Below, one piece after another: positions 62,601-64,000 of a stretch of DNA of 64,000 nucleotides. A program made the position numbers and the translations under genes. Under the pieces are notes generated by a model. That model did no database searches, had not been told where the DNA came from, and saw nothing but the letters and a program-made list of their open reading frames with translations. This stretch comes from Candidatus Cloacimonadales bacterium. Its GTDB lineage: Bacteria; Cloacimonadota; Cloacimonadia; Cloacimonadales; JAIOQZ01. The stretch's first letter is position 1. Each line of letters starts with the position of its first letter. The DNA is taken from positions 544,001-608,000 of the forward strand of contig OY762463.1 of NCBI GenBank assembly GCA_963665815.1, written 5' to 3'.

Positions 62601-62634
62601 GAAGGTTATCCTTTCGGGTGACCTTCTTTTTTTT
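62601..62634 (+). terminator. Intrinsic terminator
   Basis: GAAGGTTATCC-TTTC-GGGTGACCTTC followed by a T tract. Confidence 0.85.
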
Positions 62635-62880
62635 ATCTTTTAGAGACCTTCTAATAATTGGAGTAGTTGATTAGTTTATAGACTTCATCATACTCTGACA
62701 AAATTAGTCTACTCTAAGAAGTTATTTTGATGATTTCATAAATCTCATTGAAACTGCTTACTCAATACTGCTTAATTTTGCTATTATGCAAACTCTCATT
62801 TATTTTCAATGAGAAAATTATTTGACAAATTTCTAGTGGGATTTAGGTTTATAATAAATACTATTTTTAAGGAGTTAGTA

Positions 62881-62955
62881 ATGAAAAAAATCATTTTTGC
62901 CGCATTAATACTGATTGTTGGAATCGCAGTATTAAAAAAAATAAAGAAAAACTAA
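62881..62955 (+). CDS. 24-aa cationic membrane peptide MKKIIFAALILIVGIAVLKKIKKN
   Basis: RBS AAGGAG upstream; TTGACA at 62822; hydrophobic core flanked by Lys; too short for the ORF track. Confidence 0.65.
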   Translation: MKKIIFAALILIVGIAVLKKIKKN

Positions 62956-63073
62956 TTTTCTGCTAAAGCTTTTTTTAGCATCGACGATCATTAACTGAGC
63001 GACGGCTCGGACAGATAAGCAGGTTAAGAAAGAATGAATCACATCACGTAATGTTCTTTCTTGATTGGAAAAG

Positions 63074-63101
63074 AAAAACCCCGCATTGCGGGGTTTTTTT
63101 T
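63074..63101. terminator. Bidirectional intrinsic terminator
   Basis: AAAAACCCCGC-ATT-GCGGGGTTTTT. Confidence 0.9.
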
Positions 63102-63121
63102 GCCCAAAATCAGGTGCAAAA

Positions 63122-64000
63122 TTATTTATACTTCAAATTACCAAAACCGTAATTGATTTTACTTGATATTTTTATGGAATATTCTTTCTTGCTGTCTGGA
63201 TATACTCCTTTGCCTTCAAGATTCTGTTCAAGGATACCTTCCCAGAAATTAGTATTTTCCAGTTGATATCTAATATTCCCATCTGATTTTCCCTTCAGAG
63301 TGATTAGCTCTTTCCCGTTTTCTGAAACAGATTGAAGCTTTCCTTTTACCTGAATTTTTCCCACGTCAATAGAGATTTTATCCACAGAATATTCTTCATC
63401 AGTATCAATTGAAATTCCGGTGCGTTTTTGTCCTGAGTAATTCCATTTCATCCCGGGCTTGATACTCCCTGAAGGAATTGTATCGAATATTCTTTTAAAC
63501 TCTTCGGTCACAGCATTGTCGTTAAACTGCTTAATGATGACATCTTTTAGATTCAGGTTACCGGGCATATTGTGAAGCTTATCAGCTGTTTTAGTAATAA
63601 TATCATTAAGTCCGAACACTCTTTCTACTTTCAGCTCTTTGTTAAGCTTAAGAGAGAAAGATTTACTTTTCAGCTCACTCAGAAATACTTTCAGGAAGTG
63701 TTTGCTGTCATTTGATTCTGAATCATATGCAAGTTTTGTACTTCCGTCACTGCTACTGTAATAGAGAGAATCAATTATTACCCTTGCATTGTATTTATCA
63801 AGAGGAATAATATTGTAAAGAGCAATATACTCTATATTGTAGTTAAGTGTATCGTTAATTGTAGTCTTCTGGTTGATTTTGTACAACACTTTACTGTTTA
63901 CATCTTTTGAAAAAGGAACTTTAACTTCAGTTGACTTGGAACTACAGGCAAAAATGACATAGACTAATGTCATAAATAATAAATAATGTGTTAATTTTTT
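63122..64000 (-). CDS. Lipoprotein, DUF6263-like; start probably just outside the window
   Basis: Frame open to the edge (KKLTHYLLFMTLVYVIFAC), lipobox IFAC; P.GSIKPG.KW motif. Confidence 0.65.
   Translation of the reverse strand, partial: KKLTHYLLFMTLVYVIFACSSKSTEVKVPFSKDVNSKVLYKINQKTTINDTLNYNIEYIALYNIIPLDKYNARVIIDSLYYSSSDGSTKLAYDSESNDSKHFLKVFLSELKSKSFSLKLNKELKVERVFGLNDIITKTADKLHNMPGNLNLKDVIIKQFNDNAVTEEFKRIFDTIPSGSIKPGMKWNYSGQKRTGISIDTDEEYSVDKISIDVGKIQVKGKLQSVSENGKELITLKGKSDGNIRYQLENTNFWEGILEQNLEGKGVYPDSKKEYSIKISSKINYGFGNLKYK

Noticed and set aside
62975-63030. Hammerhead ribozyme or SRP RNA
   Set aside because: Lacks the CUGANGA/GAAA core and the SRP helix-8 motif

Overview
AT-rich bacterial chromosomal segment, diderm (TonB-dependent receptor, beta-barrel, SurA/PpiD-like protein). 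An FCB-type anaerobe such as Cloacimonadota or a relative is an inference only. Most of it is housekeeping: tilS-hpt-ftsH-hslV-hslU, pepA, nadE, gyrB-gyrA-guaA, an EF-G paralog with yebC-ruvC-ruvA-rsmB, ribH-nusB, an amidase and iscS/iscU-like genes. Accessory features: (1) a compact RiPP-like cluster at 43.8-46.5 kb (beta-propeller lipoprotein, 59-aa CxCxxxC precursor, RRE-radical SAM/SPASM maturase); (2) four paralogous Imm32-like genes plus an LRR gene at 6.4-11.1 kb, punctuated by an identical 44-bp GTAG-hairpin repeat, with one paralog split by a -1 frameshift at an A-AAT-TTC heptamer; (3) a ~1-kb non-coding mosaic of hairpins including a perfect 35-bp tandem array; (4) a lipoprotein that appears to fuse PilO-, PilN- and PilP-like domains; (5) PAPS-synthesis genes (cysC-cysD-cysNC) inside a nucleotide-sugar operon; (6) an orphan phage-like CI/Cro switch with face-to-face promoters; (7) an IscS-like protein with a remodelled active site; (8) an unannotated 24-aa cationic membrane peptide with a structured 3' region, and a sigma28-like promoter before a small acidic protein. 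No rRNA, tRNA, CRISPR array, integrase or transposase was recognised. All family assignments are by-eye motif recognition, not database searches.
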